This document shows positions 18,974 to 28,522 of a stretch of 64,000 nt of DNA, piece by piece. Source of the DNA: Spirochaetia bacterium (GTDB taxonomy: Bacteria > Spirochaetota > Spirochaetia > UBA9216); NCBI GenBank assembly GCA_963675665.1, contig OY776510.1, positions 1,376,001 through 1,440,000 of the forward strand. Reading direction: 5' to 3'. The stretch's first letter is position 1. Each line of letters starts with the position of its first letter. Position numbers and translations under genes: made by a program. The notes below the pieces were generated by a model. That model searched no databases, was not told the origin of the DNA, and worked only from the letters and a program-made list of their open reading frames with translations.

Positions 18974-20122
18974 ATGAAGAGACTTGACTACATTCTTGTA
19001 AAACCGGCAGGGTCCGCCTGCAATCTGGCCTGCGCCTACTGTTTTTACCATGACAATAAAGAGAGCCGCGGTATAAAAAGAATGTCGTCGTCTGTGCTTC
19101 GTGAAATGATTAAACAGTGCCTTTCCGGAAGCGGTGAGGCTTCGGCTGATGAGAATTTTGTTTTCTGCTGGCAGGGCGGCGAGCCCACGCTTGCAGGCCT
19201 TGATTTCTATAAAGAGGTTATTGAACTTCAGAAAGAATACGGAAAAGGGAAAATTATCGGAAATGCTATCCAGACTAACGGACAGCTAATCAATGAAGAC
19301 TGGGTTGCGTTCTTTAAAAAATACCGTTTTATGGTAGGTTTGTCGCTGGACGGACCGGAAGATATTCATAATGAATACAGGACTGATCGAAAAGGCAGAG
19401 GCGCCTGGTTCCGGACGGAAGCGACAGCAAGGGAGCTTCTTTCACAGGGCATAGCTGTTAACTCAATGACTGTTGTTAATAACGTAACAGCGGAACATCC
19501 AGGGTTGATTTACGGTTATCTTAAAGACCTGGGTTTCAGGTGGATGCAGTTTATGCCGTGTCTTGAAGCCGGAAATGAAGGGATCGGAAAAGACCGGTCG
19601 GACGGGGCCTGTGTTCCTGCACACTTTTCGGTAAGCCCCGACGCCTACGGCAGTTTTCTCTGTACTTTATTCGACTGCTGGACAGCTGATTTTCACGGAA
19701 GCAGGGCTGCGGTTTCGATCAGGTTGTTTGATTCCGTTGCCGCAGTTTATGCCGGGCTGCCCGCAACTCAGTGTACCAACCGGTTTGAGTGCGGCGATTA
19801 TGTTGTTGTCGAGGCTGACGGCTCAGTTTACAGCTGTGATTTTTTTGTTGAAGAAAACTGGCGGCTTGGTAATCTGACGGAAACGCCGCTTCCGAAGCTG
19901 TTGAATTCCGAAACACAGAAGCGTTTCGGCAGGCAAAAAGCCGAACTTGTTCCCGGTTGCAGTGAATGCAGATGGCTGAAATTCTGCCGCGGCGGCTGTT
20001 TAAAAGACAGGATGCGTCTCAATGCCGGAAACGGGCAGAATTATTTCTGCCCGTCATACATGACGTTTTTTGAATATGCTGACAGGCGCTTCCGGGAAAT
20101 TGCCGAATGTATAAAAGCCTGA
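18974..20122 (+). CDS. Anaerobic sulfatase maturase (radical SAM/SPASM, anSME)
   Basis: KPAGSACNLACAYCFY, WQGGEPTL, QTNG, GSVYSCD, CSECRWLKFCRGGC..YFC. Confidence 0.92.
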   Translation: MKRLDYILVKPAGSACNLACAYCFYHDNKESRGIKRMSSSVLREMIKQCLSGSGEASADENFVFCWQGGEPTLAGLDFYKEVIELQKEYGKGKIIGNAIQTNGQLINEDWVAFFKKYRFMVGLSLDGPEDIHNEYRTDRKGRGAWFRTEATARELLSQGIAVNSMTVVNNVTAEHPGLIYGYLKDLGFRWMQFMPCLEAGNEGIGKDRSDGACVPAHFSVSPDAYGSFLCTLFDCWTADFHGSRAAVSIRLFDSVAAVYAGLPATQCTNRFECGDYVVVEADGSVYSCDFFVEENWRLGNLTETPLPKLLNSETQKRFGRQKAELVPGCSECRWLKFCRGGCLKDRMRLNAGNGQNYFCPSYMTFFEYADRRFREIAECIKA

Positions 20123-20141
20123 AACCACAGTAAAACGTCGG

Positions 20142-21530
20142 TTACCAGGTTTCAATATAGCCGGTTTCGTTTTTTACCCTTTCAAGTTCCGATTTCAGCA
20201 TGGGAAGCAGTTTTTTACCTTCGCCCGAACCGTACAGATCGTTATATTGCTTCGGATCGTTCAGTAAATCATAAATTTCCGGTTTTCTCCGGTTATTTTG
20301 ATAGGTGATGTATATGTAACGATCGGTTCTGACGGCAGCAATTCCAGGAATCGGTATCGGAAATACCGGGTAATGTTCATAAAGCCATGCAGTGCGTGTT
20401 TTTGCGGGTTTATTCTGCAATATCGGTAATACACTGACTCCCTGCATATTCTCCGGGACCGGAAGACCGGCAAGTTCAAGCAACGTCGGGGCCAGATCAA
20501 TGTTCAGCAGCATCTGTTCTTCCCGTCTTCCGGGGTTCTCGATGATTCCGGGCCCCCAGGCAAAGAACGGTATTTTTATGGATTCTTCGTATGCGGAACG
20601 TTTGTCGTAAAGACCGTGCTCTCCGAAATAATGACCATTGTCTCCGGCATAGACGACAAGGGTGTTCCGGTCGAGCCCGCTTTGTTTGAGGCTTTCAATA
20701 ATCCGGCCGACCTGTTCGTCAACCGAAAGAACCGTCTCGCAGTACCGCTGGTAGAGAAACGGAAGCGGGGCAGGGGCCCCGACAAAGAGATGGTCCCGGG
20801 TGATCGGTACGAAAGGGTCCGCTTCTTCAGGAAGCTGCAGATCAATTCCTTCGTAAGTATCGCGAAGATGTTCGGGCGGTAGAAATCCGAAATGAACGGC
20901 CTTATGAGACAGGTAGAGACAGAACGGTTTTGAACGGTCCTTTTCTATGAATTCAAGGGCGAAGTCGGTCAAGTCTTCGGTAATGTATTTGCCCGGTCTT
21001 TCCTGTTCTGTTCCGTCTATTATAAGGGGACAGTCTTCGTAAACTCCCTGGCCGCCCTGAACAGTGAATGTAATAAAATGGTCAACCCCATCGACTTCCG
21101 GCACTCCCTCGCCGGGCATGTGCCATTTGCCTATAAAGGCTGTTTCATAACCGTTATCATGAAGTATTTCCAGAAAACTTGTGTTCTGTTCCTCGTCCCA
21201 GACGGTATGATTTGTAGTTACCCCGTGTTTATGAGGATATTCTCCGGTCAGGAAACTGGCCCTTGAAGGGCTGCACAACGATGTTGTACAGAACGAATTG
21301 GAAAACATGACGCCGTCTTCAACCAGCGCATCGAGATTGGGCGTTTCAATAAACGGGTGGTCCATACAGCTGAAAGCGTCCCACCGGTGATCGTCGGTCA
21401 GAATAAAGATAATGTTCGGCCGGGGTTTAAGGTTGTCGGATTCGGCCTGCTTTTCAGACGATTGGGCAAATGATATTGATGCAGTCGAGAAAAAAATTAT
21501 GACGCCCGTAATCAATTGTTTTATATTCAT
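20142..21530 (-). CDS. Secreted Cys-type sulfatase (S1 family)
   Basis: Signal peptide; PNIIFILTDD, LCSPSRASFLTG, GKWH, GDNG, DLAPT. Confidence 0.92.
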   Translation of the reverse strand: MNIKQLITGVIIFFSTASISFAQSSEKQAESDNLKPRPNIIFILTDDHRWDAFSCMDHPFIETPNLDALVEDGVMFSNSFCTTSLCSPSRASFLTGEYPHKHGVTTNHTVWDEEQNTSFLEILHDNGYETAFIGKWHMPGEGVPEVDGVDHFITFTVQGGQGVYEDCPLIIDGTEQERPGKYITEDLTDFALEFIEKDRSKPFCLYLSHKAVHFGFLPPEHLRDTYEGIDLQLPEEADPFVPITRDHLFVGAPAPLPFLYQRYCETVLSVDEQVGRIIESLKQSGLDRNTLVVYAGDNGHYFGEHGLYDKRSAYEESIKIPFFAWGPGIIENPGRREEQMLLNIDLAPTLLELAGLPVPENMQGVSVLPILQNKPAKTRTAWLYEHYPVFPIPIPGIAAVRTDRYIYITYQNNRRKPEIYDLLNDPKQYNDLYGSGEGKKLLPMLKSELERVKNETGYIETW

Positions 21531-21542
21531 ATCTGGCTCCCG

Positions 21543-22109
21543 TTATCCGAATAATTTGAGGTATAGATTTAAAAATGTATAATAATAAAAGTGACCCAGC
21601 TCCCAGAAAAACAGCGTAAACAGCCCGCCCCCGATTACCAGCAGCACGGTTTCCTTTCTGAGAAGAACCTTTATGGCTTTGTCGCGGGTTTTTATTCTTT
21701 TTATTAATCTGCAGATTACCGATGCAATTCCGATCTCGAAAAATGCAAATACAACCGGCGCCAGCACGCAGTGATGAATCATGAGAAGAAGGACCTCCGG
21801 GATCGTGTAGATACCGAAAAAGGACGAAAGAATCATGAAAGATTTCAGAATCGGTGCGGCAGCCGCCAGCCAGAAAAGTCTTCTGAACAGGGTCTCTTTA
21901 TTGAAATTGAAGATGTAGATAATCAGCGGGGATATGTATGTGCAGATAATCATGCCGGCAAACCCGCCCCAGACAGCCAGATTGTTCAGAAAAGGATTCC
22001 TTATTTCAACAGAATTGTTATAAATCAGCGTGAATAATATCGTTCCTGTAACGGCGGCCGATGCCGGTATCCATAAATTTGCCGGAAATTTGTTTTTTGT
22101 TGTATTCAC
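21543..22109 (-). CDS. Hypothetical integral membrane protein
   Basis: About five hydrophobic segments; GTG start with SD; 10-12 bp gaps to neighbours. Confidence 0.7.
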   Translation of the reverse strand: MNTTKNKFPANLWIPASAAVTGTILFTLIYNNSVEIRNPFLNNLAVWGGFAGMIICTYISPLIIYIFNFNKETLFRRLFWLAAAAPILKSFMILSSFFGIYTIPEVLLLMIHHCVLAPVVFAFFEIGIASVICRLIKRIKTRDKAIKVLLRKETVLLVIGGGLFTLFFWELGHFYYYTFLNLYLKLFG

Positions 22110-22119
22110 ACGCTTTTCC

Positions 22120-22926
22120 TTACGGGTAAATATAACCGGGCTTCGGCGGAAGCGAATTATAAACCCGTTCTATTTTCAACCTGCCGGTTTTGCCGAAAGG
22201 AGTAAATCCAAAACCTCCGAAAGTTCCTTTAACAAGGGTGCCGACCATCTCAAGATTCAAACCGTTGACGGCAACAGCCGTATTTTTCTTAAGCCCGGCT
22301 GCACTTGAAGCGTAAGGTTTTGCAGGAATTACTATTGTCTCCGAGTCGGAAGCCTGAGCTTCGATTACAGGAAGAATATGCGGAAATTGATCGTCGCCTG
22401 TCCATGATATAAACTTGAGCGTCTGGAGCCCCTTCATGAGTTTTTCAGCCCAGGGTTTCATAACCTGGTTTCCAGTTTTTGGACCGTACAGGTTTCTGGC
22501 AAGTAAATTCAGAACCGCCCTAAAAACCACAGGTCCCATTCTGAGGTTTTCGCCTTCGGATATATCAATCAGATCGAAATAATGGACGGTATGCACCCCG
22601 AAATAGGTGTTGTAACGAAAAAGCGGTTTTTGATTGTACATATCGAATTCTTCGCCCTCATTCCGGCAGTGGGTCCAGCGGGCTGTTCCTGTCCAGAACA
22701 TCTTGTCGAGAGTCATAATCAGGAACCCGACATTTGGCCGGGTCTTCACATGTTCCTTGCTTAAACCTTCGGTAAACTGACCCATTACCAGCTGCTGCGG
22801 AGCAGAGGCCTGCAGGCTGGAAAGCATGGTTATATGCGGAGCGCCGTTGTCGTCGATTGTTGCCAGAAGCCCCACCTTGTATGTTGATTGAAACCGCTCA
22901 ATCATGTCGTCCGTCATTTTCTTCAT
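22120..22926 (-). CDS. Tandem pyridoxamine-5'-phosphate-oxidase-like (FMN-binding split barrel) protein
   Basis: LLATIDDNGAPHI..SKEHVKTRPNVG; the second half repeats the pattern (FISWTGDDQFPHI). Confidence 0.7.
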   Translation of the reverse strand: MKKMTDDMIERFQSTYKVGLLATIDDNGAPHITMLSSLQASAPQQLVMGQFTEGLSKEHVKTRPNVGFLIMTLDKMFWTGTARWTHCRNEGEEFDMYNQKPLFRYNTYFGVHTVHYFDLIDISEGENLRMGPVVFRAVLNLLARNLYGPKTGNQVMKPWAEKLMKGLQTLKFISWTGDDQFPHILPVIEAQASDSETIVIPAKPYASSAAGLKKNTAVAVNGLNLEMVGTLVKGTFGGFGFTPFGKTGRLKIERVYNSLPPKPGYIYP

Positions 22927-22946
22927 GTCGTTCCTCCTTTCTTTTT

Positions 22947-23924
22947 CTACGCAGTCATTCCGGTTGCATATACCCGGTTTTCCGGCAGACCCGCCGAGAG
23001 CGCAATCTTGCGCAGGATGTTCATTTTGCCGGCAGTCTGAAGTTCTGCATCTTTATATTTCCAGTCCTTTCCGAACCGGCTGTACTTGGCCGTGCACAGG
23101 TTGTTGAAAGCGCACATTTCCCATCGTTCAACCGCAGGGCCCAGTTCGGAACGTATAAATTCCGCAATTGCCCAGATGTTTTCATCGGAATCGGTCGCGC
23201 CGGGAATTACCGGGGTTCTTATCCACAGACGGTGCTGTTCAGGATATGTGCGGATGCAGGATGCCAGGCGCTTTATATTCTCAAGAATCAGGCTGTTGTC
23301 CGCCCCCGTATGCTTTTTATGCTCGGCCGGATCGATGATTTTAATGTCGTAAAGGAATAGGTCCGTGTAAGGCAGAACAGCTTCAAACGCCGTCCACGGG
23401 CACAGCCCGCAGGTATCGACTGCCGTGCCGATGCCTTCTTTTTTCAGCAGGCGAAGCACGGCGGCCGTGAACTCAGGCTGAAACAGCGCCTCACCGCCTG
23501 AAATCGTGACGCCCCCTTCCTTGCCGAAGAATGCCCTGTCTTTAATCAGTTCAGCCGTCAAAGTCTCGCTGGTATAACGATTGCCTTTAGTCTGCATTGC
23601 CAGGGCCGGGCAGTTGGTACAGCATTCAAGGCATCCATTGCATCGTTCCAGATTCCTGACAATCCCGTCCGGTCCCATACTTAAGGCGCCGGCGCCGCAG
23701 TTGTTAATGCACTCGCCGCAGCCCATACAGCGGTCCGGGAAATATTCGATCTCAATATCAGGCGATATGCTTTCGGGATTGTGACACCATTCGCAGCGCA
23801 GCGGGCAGCCCTTTAGAAAAGCGGTCGTGCGCAGCCCGGGTCCGTCTTCGGTCGACATCCGCTGGATATCCAGGACCAGACCTTCACCGGCCGATTTGCT
23901 GCTGTTTTCGAGGTTAATATTCAA
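22947..23924 (-). CDS. Glycyl-radical enzyme activating enzyme with a 2[4Fe-4S] insertion
   Basis: EDGPGLRT, KGCPLRCEWCHNPES, CMGCGEC..C and CNGCLEC..CP, GGVTISGGE. Confidence 0.95.
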   Translation of the reverse strand: MNINLENSSKSAGEGLVLDIQRMSTEDGPGLRTTAFLKGCPLRCEWCHNPESISPDIEIEYFPDRCMGCGECINNCGAGALSMGPDGIVRNLERCNGCLECCTNCPALAMQTKGNRYTSETLTAELIKDRAFFGKEGGVTISGGEALFQPEFTAAVLRLLKKEGIGTAVDTCGLCPWTAFEAVLPYTDLFLYDIKIIDPAEHKKHTGADNSLILENIKRLASCIRTYPEQHRLWIRTPVIPGATDSDENIWAIAEFIRSELGPAVERWEMCAFNNLCTAKYSRFGKDWKYKDAELQTAGKMNILRKIALSAGLPENRVYATGMTA

Positions 23925-23925
23925 G

Positions 23926-26439
23926 TTACATCTCCCTGTGGCTTTCGCGTGCTATTATCTCGTCCTGCAGTTCACGGCCGATTGAGCTGAAGTAGGCGTT
24001 GTAGCCGGTTACTCTTACAAGCAGGTTCGGAAAATCTTTCGGGTGCTTTTGGGCTTCCTTAAGCATTTCAGCGTCAAGCAGGTTGACCTGAAGGGCTGTT
24101 CCGCCGTTTTCGGTGTAGCCGCGCAAAAAGGCCTTGAATTTTTCCTTAGCCGCCGGGTTTCTCAGCAGCGAGGTATTGAAAGTTATAGTATGGCTTGCGC
24201 CGTTCGGAAGGCTGTTGAGGTATCCGGCAAAATCACCGCCTTCGCCGACGGCCTTCCCTCCCAGCGCCTTGCCGACCGAGTTGCTGTTTGCAGTAGGCCC
24301 GTTGATGTCGGCGCCGTTGCTCGGGCAGATTGCGTTGGAAAGGAACTGTCCCTTTTTCCGGCCGTCGGGGCTGGCAGGCAGAATAAACCCGTCGCCCACC
24401 CAGTAGTTCCAGCTGAGCATGCCGGGGCGGTAGATTGCGTTTGTAGCGGTGGTCCGGTATTTCCATACCTCAGACGTCCAGTTGTCCATTACGGCAAGCG
24501 CAAGCGCGTCGGCATCGTCATCGTCGCGCCCGTATTTCGGGGCCTGGTTTTTCGCGCGGGCCTGCAGCACTTCATGACCTTCCCAGTTGTCCCTGAGCGC
24601 TTCGGCAAGCTGCTCAAGAGAGCAGATTTTTTGATCATAAACAAGATATTTCACTGCAAGCAGGGAATCGACTGTTGTCGCATAGGTTACTGCTTCAATT
24701 GTAACGAAATTAAGTTCAGCGCCGCCCCGTGTTACATCGGTCGCCTTGTCCGCGCAGCCTTTCACCAGCAGCGACAGGTAAGGCGTCGGGCTGAAATCGG
24801 CCCTCAGGGTCTCACTTTTTTCATAGACATCGACCATTTTCTTTATTATATAGCGGGTCTGGACAACATACGCGTTCCAGAACTTGTCCCAGCTGTCAAG
24901 ATCGGAAAGCGCTCCGGTTTCAGGCCCGTCCTGTTTAATCTTTTCTGATTTGCCAGTCATTTCATCTGTATGCGGAAGCAGATCGCGCCCGTTGCCGAAG
25001 ACCAGCTCAACAGCTTTTAAAAGATTAAGATTGCAGTTTACGGTATTTGACCGGTCGTTGCCGACCATGGTGTTCTCAAGACATCCTACTGACGCATAGT
25101 CAAAAACGTTGTCTTCGTTAATAAAATTCTGAACGCCCGCCTCTTCCGCTTCGCGCAACATTCCCGCCATGGAACGTTCGTCGAAATTAAGCAGAAACGG
25201 GGCCCCCTGGCTGCTTAATATCATGTCCGTGACCCTGTCCAGCAGTTCTTCCGGGGAATTCCGGTGCAGCCTGACGTTCGGTTTAGGTTCGAGAATGGGG
25301 CTCATTTCGTCTATAACTTCTAGAAGCAGCCATGTTGTATCGTTAGTCATGTCTACCCCGTTCTTTCCCATTCCCGACAGGTTAAAAAGCTGTCCGAACC
25401 CCGCGGTGATTCCCTGGTTTGCGCCGACCCTGATTTGAGCGTCGTAAACTGTATTGCAGTGGAACCAGAAACAGCCGAGGATCTCTTTCATGAAATCACG
25501 ATCAACACCCGCGCTGATGGAATTCCGGTAATAGGGATCAAGAATCTGATCAAGACGGCCGAACGACAGCCCCGGACCGGGATAGTTTTCATCCGACATT
25601 ATCAGCATATGGGTCATCCAAAGCGACTGAACCGCCTCATGAAATGTTTCGGCGCCCTGCCACGGTACCTTTTCCGAGATCCTTGCCATCTCAAGCAGTT
25701 CCGCCCGTCGGGTTTCGTCCTTTTCAAGCGCAGCTTCTTTCCTGCAGAGCCATGAATACCTCGCCGCCACTTCCTTCGGAATAGTGCATGCTGTTTTCAT
25801 TGCGTTAAGCTGGGCCCCCTTTTCTCCGTCGCGGTCCTTTCGGCTCAGTTTCATAATTTTATTTTCAAGTTCGGCATAAAGCGAGCTGAATCCGTTCTTG
25901 AGGATGGGTGCGTAATCAGGTATCAGGTGTCCGCTGGTTGCCCCTGCATTGCCGTACCCGTGATTGTGAAACCAGATGAGGGCGGACCTTGCGCCGTTTT
26001 TGCCGTACATTTGTTTATCCCGCTGTTTAGCCTCGGATTTTGTCCAGCAGCCGGAAGTAAACAGGTTGAAATTCGAGCCGCATAAAAGGTCCCCGGGAAG
26101 AATGATCTTTTGCATGTGTTTGACCATTACTTCTTTAAGAAAGAATGAGCGACGTTCGGCTATGGACATTTTATAAAAGCCTTTATCCATCGGTATATCC
26201 TTTGCGGCCTGGTAGACAGATGCCCGGAATGTTCCGTGAAAAGCATATGTTTCGGGGACAATAAGAAAACTGTTCTCATCGTAAACAATATCCCAGGGGG
26301 TGCCGGTTGAATAACAGGCGGATTCATTATTCCAGTTTCGTTTAACTCCCTGAAAATAATAGTCCCTGAGAAATTTTACCCTCGGCGACAGTTCTCCCGG
26401 TTCCTTGATATTGAATTTTTGCTGAGCTGATTCCGACAT
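23926..26439 (-). CDS. Glycyl radical enzyme of unknown class (not pyruvate formate-lyase)
   Basis: Cys loop SVGCLEN, Gly loop VRVTGYNAYF, GRLDQ, PKYGRD, SPDGRK. Start at MSES after SD GGAGG; 837 aa. Confidence 0.93.
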   Translation of the reverse strand: MSESAQQKFNIKEPGELSPRVKFLRDYYFQGVKRNWNNESACYSTGTPWDIVYDENSFLIVPETYAFHGTFRASVYQAAKDIPMDKGFYKMSIAERRSFFLKEVMVKHMQKIILPGDLLCGSNFNLFTSGCWTKSEAKQRDKQMYGKNGARSALIWFHNHGYGNAGATSGHLIPDYAPILKNGFSSLYAELENKIMKLSRKDRDGEKGAQLNAMKTACTIPKEVAARYSWLCRKEAALEKDETRRAELLEMARISEKVPWQGAETFHEAVQSLWMTHMLIMSDENYPGPGLSFGRLDQILDPYYRNSISAGVDRDFMKEILGCFWFHCNTVYDAQIRVGANQGITAGFGQLFNLSGMGKNGVDMTNDTTWLLLEVIDEMSPILEPKPNVRLHRNSPEELLDRVTDMILSSQGAPFLLNFDERSMAGMLREAEEAGVQNFINEDNVFDYASVGCLENTMVGNDRSNTVNCNLNLLKAVELVFGNGRDLLPHTDEMTGKSEKIKQDGPETGALSDLDSWDKFWNAYVVQTRYIIKKMVDVYEKSETLRADFSPTPYLSLLVKGCADKATDVTRGGAELNFVTIEAVTYATTVDSLLAVKYLVYDQKICSLEQLAEALRDNWEGHEVLQARAKNQAPKYGRDDDDADALALAVMDNWTSEVWKYRTTATNAIYRPGMLSWNYWVGDGFILPASPDGRKKGQFLSNAICPSNGADINGPTANSNSVGKALGGKAVGEGGDFAGYLNSLPNGASHTITFNTSLLRNPAAKEKFKAFLRGYTENGGTALQVNLLDAEMLKEAQKHPKDFPNLLVRVTGYNAYFSSIGRELQDEIIARESHREM

Positions 26440-26505
26440 ATCGTATCCTCCTGTAAATACTTTTTTAAGCAAGGGTTCGCTTTTTTATTAGCTTCACCGC
26501 AGTAA

Positions 26506-27198
26506 TTATTTCATTTTGTCCTTAATAATTTTTTCTCCGTTATCAAGCAACATTTCCATGACAGCCGAACTTTCTTCTGCATTGCCGTCGATGATGGCAT
26601 TAATCAATTTTTCATGCTGGGTGTAGATCTCTGAGGGGTTTTTGATGACTGAATAAAAAGTTTCAATGAACTGCATTTGGAGGGGTTCGAATGATTTTAG
26701 AATAAGCGGGTAAAACGGATTGCCGGATGCTACTGCAACTCTGTGATGTAAGGCAAAATCGTTTGCCGCGCGTTCCGGGTCCGAGACTGTGCTTTTTTCA
26801 GTTTCGAGGATATCCTTCAATATAGAGATGTCCGATTCCTTGCGCTTTTTTGCCGCAAGGGCGGCTGTTTCCATTTCAACAAGCCTGCGGCAGTCGATCA
26901 GTCCTTCAAGCAGCCCGGTAGCCAGGCGTCCTCCGTTGTAATGCATGATTGATTCGAGGACTGCAATTGTACCTTCTGTAAGGTAATCTGTAACCACGTA
27001 GCCTTTTCGCGGACGCGTGCGTATGAATCCCATTGAAGCAAGCTGGCCGAGGCCGGAATGAATAACAGTGCGGCTCATTCCAAGTTCTTTTACAAGTTCG
27101 CGTTCAGGCGGCAGCAGTTCTCCGCATTGCAGTTCGCCGGAGATGATCCGGCGTTCAATTTCACGCATAAACTTTTCTTTCTGGCTTGGTTCGCTCAT
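26506..27198 (-). CDS. GntR/FadR-family regulator (FCD domain)
   Basis: LPPEREL, MSRTVI, DFALH, ASGNP, QHEKLI. Confidence 0.9.
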   Translation of the reverse strand: MSEPSQKEKFMREIERRIISGELQCGELLPPERELVKELGMSRTVIHSGLGQLASMGFIRTRPRKGYVVTDYLTEGTIAVLESIMHYNGGRLATGLLEGLIDCRRLVEMETAALAAKKRKESDISILKDILETEKSTVSDPERAANDFALHHRVAVASGNPFYPLILKSFEPLQMQFIETFYSVIKNPSEIYTQHEKLINAIIDGNAEESSAVMEMLLDNGEKIIKDKMK

Positions 27199-27207
27199 AA
27201 TTGCTCC

Positions 27208-27256
27208 TGTGGTACGACCACAGATCTATTGTATTGCCGAATTCCGGATAATGCAA
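27208..27256 (-). promoter_or_regulatory. Sigma70 promoter and FadR-type operator of the GRE operon
   Basis: TTGCAT(27251-27256)-17-TACAAT(27228-27233). Inverted repeat TGTGGT-ACG-ACCACA at 27208-27222 lies between the -10 and the SD. Confidence 0.75.
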
Positions 27257-27391
27257 GGTTTTTGTATATAATTTTGTCGGGATAATTTTGTCGAGGAGTT
27301 GTTTTAATTGTGTGCGATTAAAAAATAAAGCCCTCTAAAATGAAGGATTTTAAAGGGCCTGCTGTATGGTGTTGTTACGTCCGGCGGGGGT

Positions 27392-27829
27392 TTATGACTC
27401 CAGCGCCATTATCTTGTCGACGCGGATCTGGTGCCTGCCGCCTTCAAAAACGTTGTCAAAGAATGCATCAAGCATGTCTTCAACGCTGTCTTTATACTCA
27501 ATTCTTCCGCCGAACGCTATAAAATTGGGATTATTGTGGTTTCGGGTGGCTTTGGCTGCAAAACAGTCCTGGGGAAGCGCGCATCTGATGCCGTGAAATT
27601 TATTGGCCGAGATTGAGATTCCTATACCGGTCCCGCAGCAGAGAATTCCGTAATCGTATCCGCCGGCAAGAAATTTCGTACAGGCGTCCTTTGCAATGTC
27701 CGGGTAATCAACGGAATCTCCCGTATCTACGCCGATATTCTCACATTCGAATCCCTTTGATTCAAGGTGTTTAATAATATGTTGTTTGAGTTCCACTGCT
27801 CCGTGGTCGTTTCCAATAATGATTTTCAT
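27392..27829 (-). CDS. rpiB: Ribose-5-phosphate isomerase B
   Basis: GNDHGA, SVDYPD, CGTGIG, HNNPN, FEGGRH. Confidence 0.92.
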   Translation of the reverse strand: MKIIIGNDHGAVELKQHIIKHLESKGFECENIGVDTGDSVDYPDIAKDACTKFLAGGYDYGILCCGTGIGISISANKFHGIRCALPQDCFAAKATRNHNNPNFIAFGGRIEYKDSVEDMLDAFFDNVFEGGRHQIRVDKIMALES

Positions 27830-27917
27830 CTTAACTCCTGTGCTGGTTGTAACTTACCGGGTATAATTTAAAGAATTTTGCCTTTTTTGTCCATTGAAGC
27901 AGGTATATTGTTACGGT

Positions 27918-28421
27918 TTACCATTTCTCCGAATGAATACGATCCTCTCTGAAATTATTGTTGGGTTTTTTGCTTTCGGCAGGGTGTCCCAGCGCAATCA
28001 GTGAGTGGGGAATAATATGTTCAGGCAGATCAAACAGCTTTTTAAGTCCTTCTATCCGGGGTTGGCGCGGATAGACTCCTATCCAGCATGTTCCAAGGCT
28101 TTCTTCATGGGCGGCAAGAAGAATGTTCTGGACTGCGGCGGAGCAGTCGATAACAAAGTAATCGTCGGTATCGTTGAGATCGCCCATAACGAATATTACG
28201 GTATCGGCGCCTTTCATCAGCGCGCCGTTGGGACAGCATTCAATCATTTTATCAATTGTCGATTTGTCTTTTATTACCATGAAATGCCACGGCTGGGTGT
28301 TTCTTGCCGATGGCGCGTTCATCCCGGCAGTGAGAAGGGTTCTGATTGTTTCGTCGGAAACCCGGTCGTTGGTGAATTTTCGGATTGAACGTCTGGCAGC
28401 TATTGTTTCAATTGTATTCAT
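27918..28421 (-). CDS. Nitroreductase family protein
   Basis: RRSIRKF, APSARNTQPW, QNILLAA, LGTCWIG. Confidence 0.92.
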   Translation of the reverse strand: MNTIETIAARRSIRKFTNDRVSDETIRTLLTAGMNAPSARNTQPWHFMVIKDKSTIDKMIECCPNGALMKGADTVIFVMGDLNDTDDYFVIDCSAAVQNILLAAHEESLGTCWIGVYPRQPRIEGLKKLFDLPEHIIPHSLIALGHPAESKKPNNNFREDRIHSEKW

Positions 28422-28522
28422 GAGCTTATTATATCATAATGTCTGTAGCGAGTGAATCCGCATAATATGACGACTTGTCTATATATTATAAAAACGGTAA
28501 GGTATAAAAAAGCGGAGGAATT

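Noticed and set aside
23926-26439. Calling the GRE pyruvate formate-lyase or choline TMA-lyase (tempting next to a sulfatase)
   Set aside because: It lacks the Cys-Cys pair of PFL. It has His rather than the CutC Asp, lacks the CutC GCVEP..WTSTGY segment, and there are no microcompartment genes.
27392-27829. rpiB as part of the GRE operon
   Set aside because: A hairpin with an A-run at about 27320-27358 and a separate promoter/operator lie between them.
28422-28522. SAM riboswitch or T-box upstream of metY-metA
   Set aside because: The spacer is only about 100 bp, shared with a divergent promoter, and shows no S-box or T-box signature.
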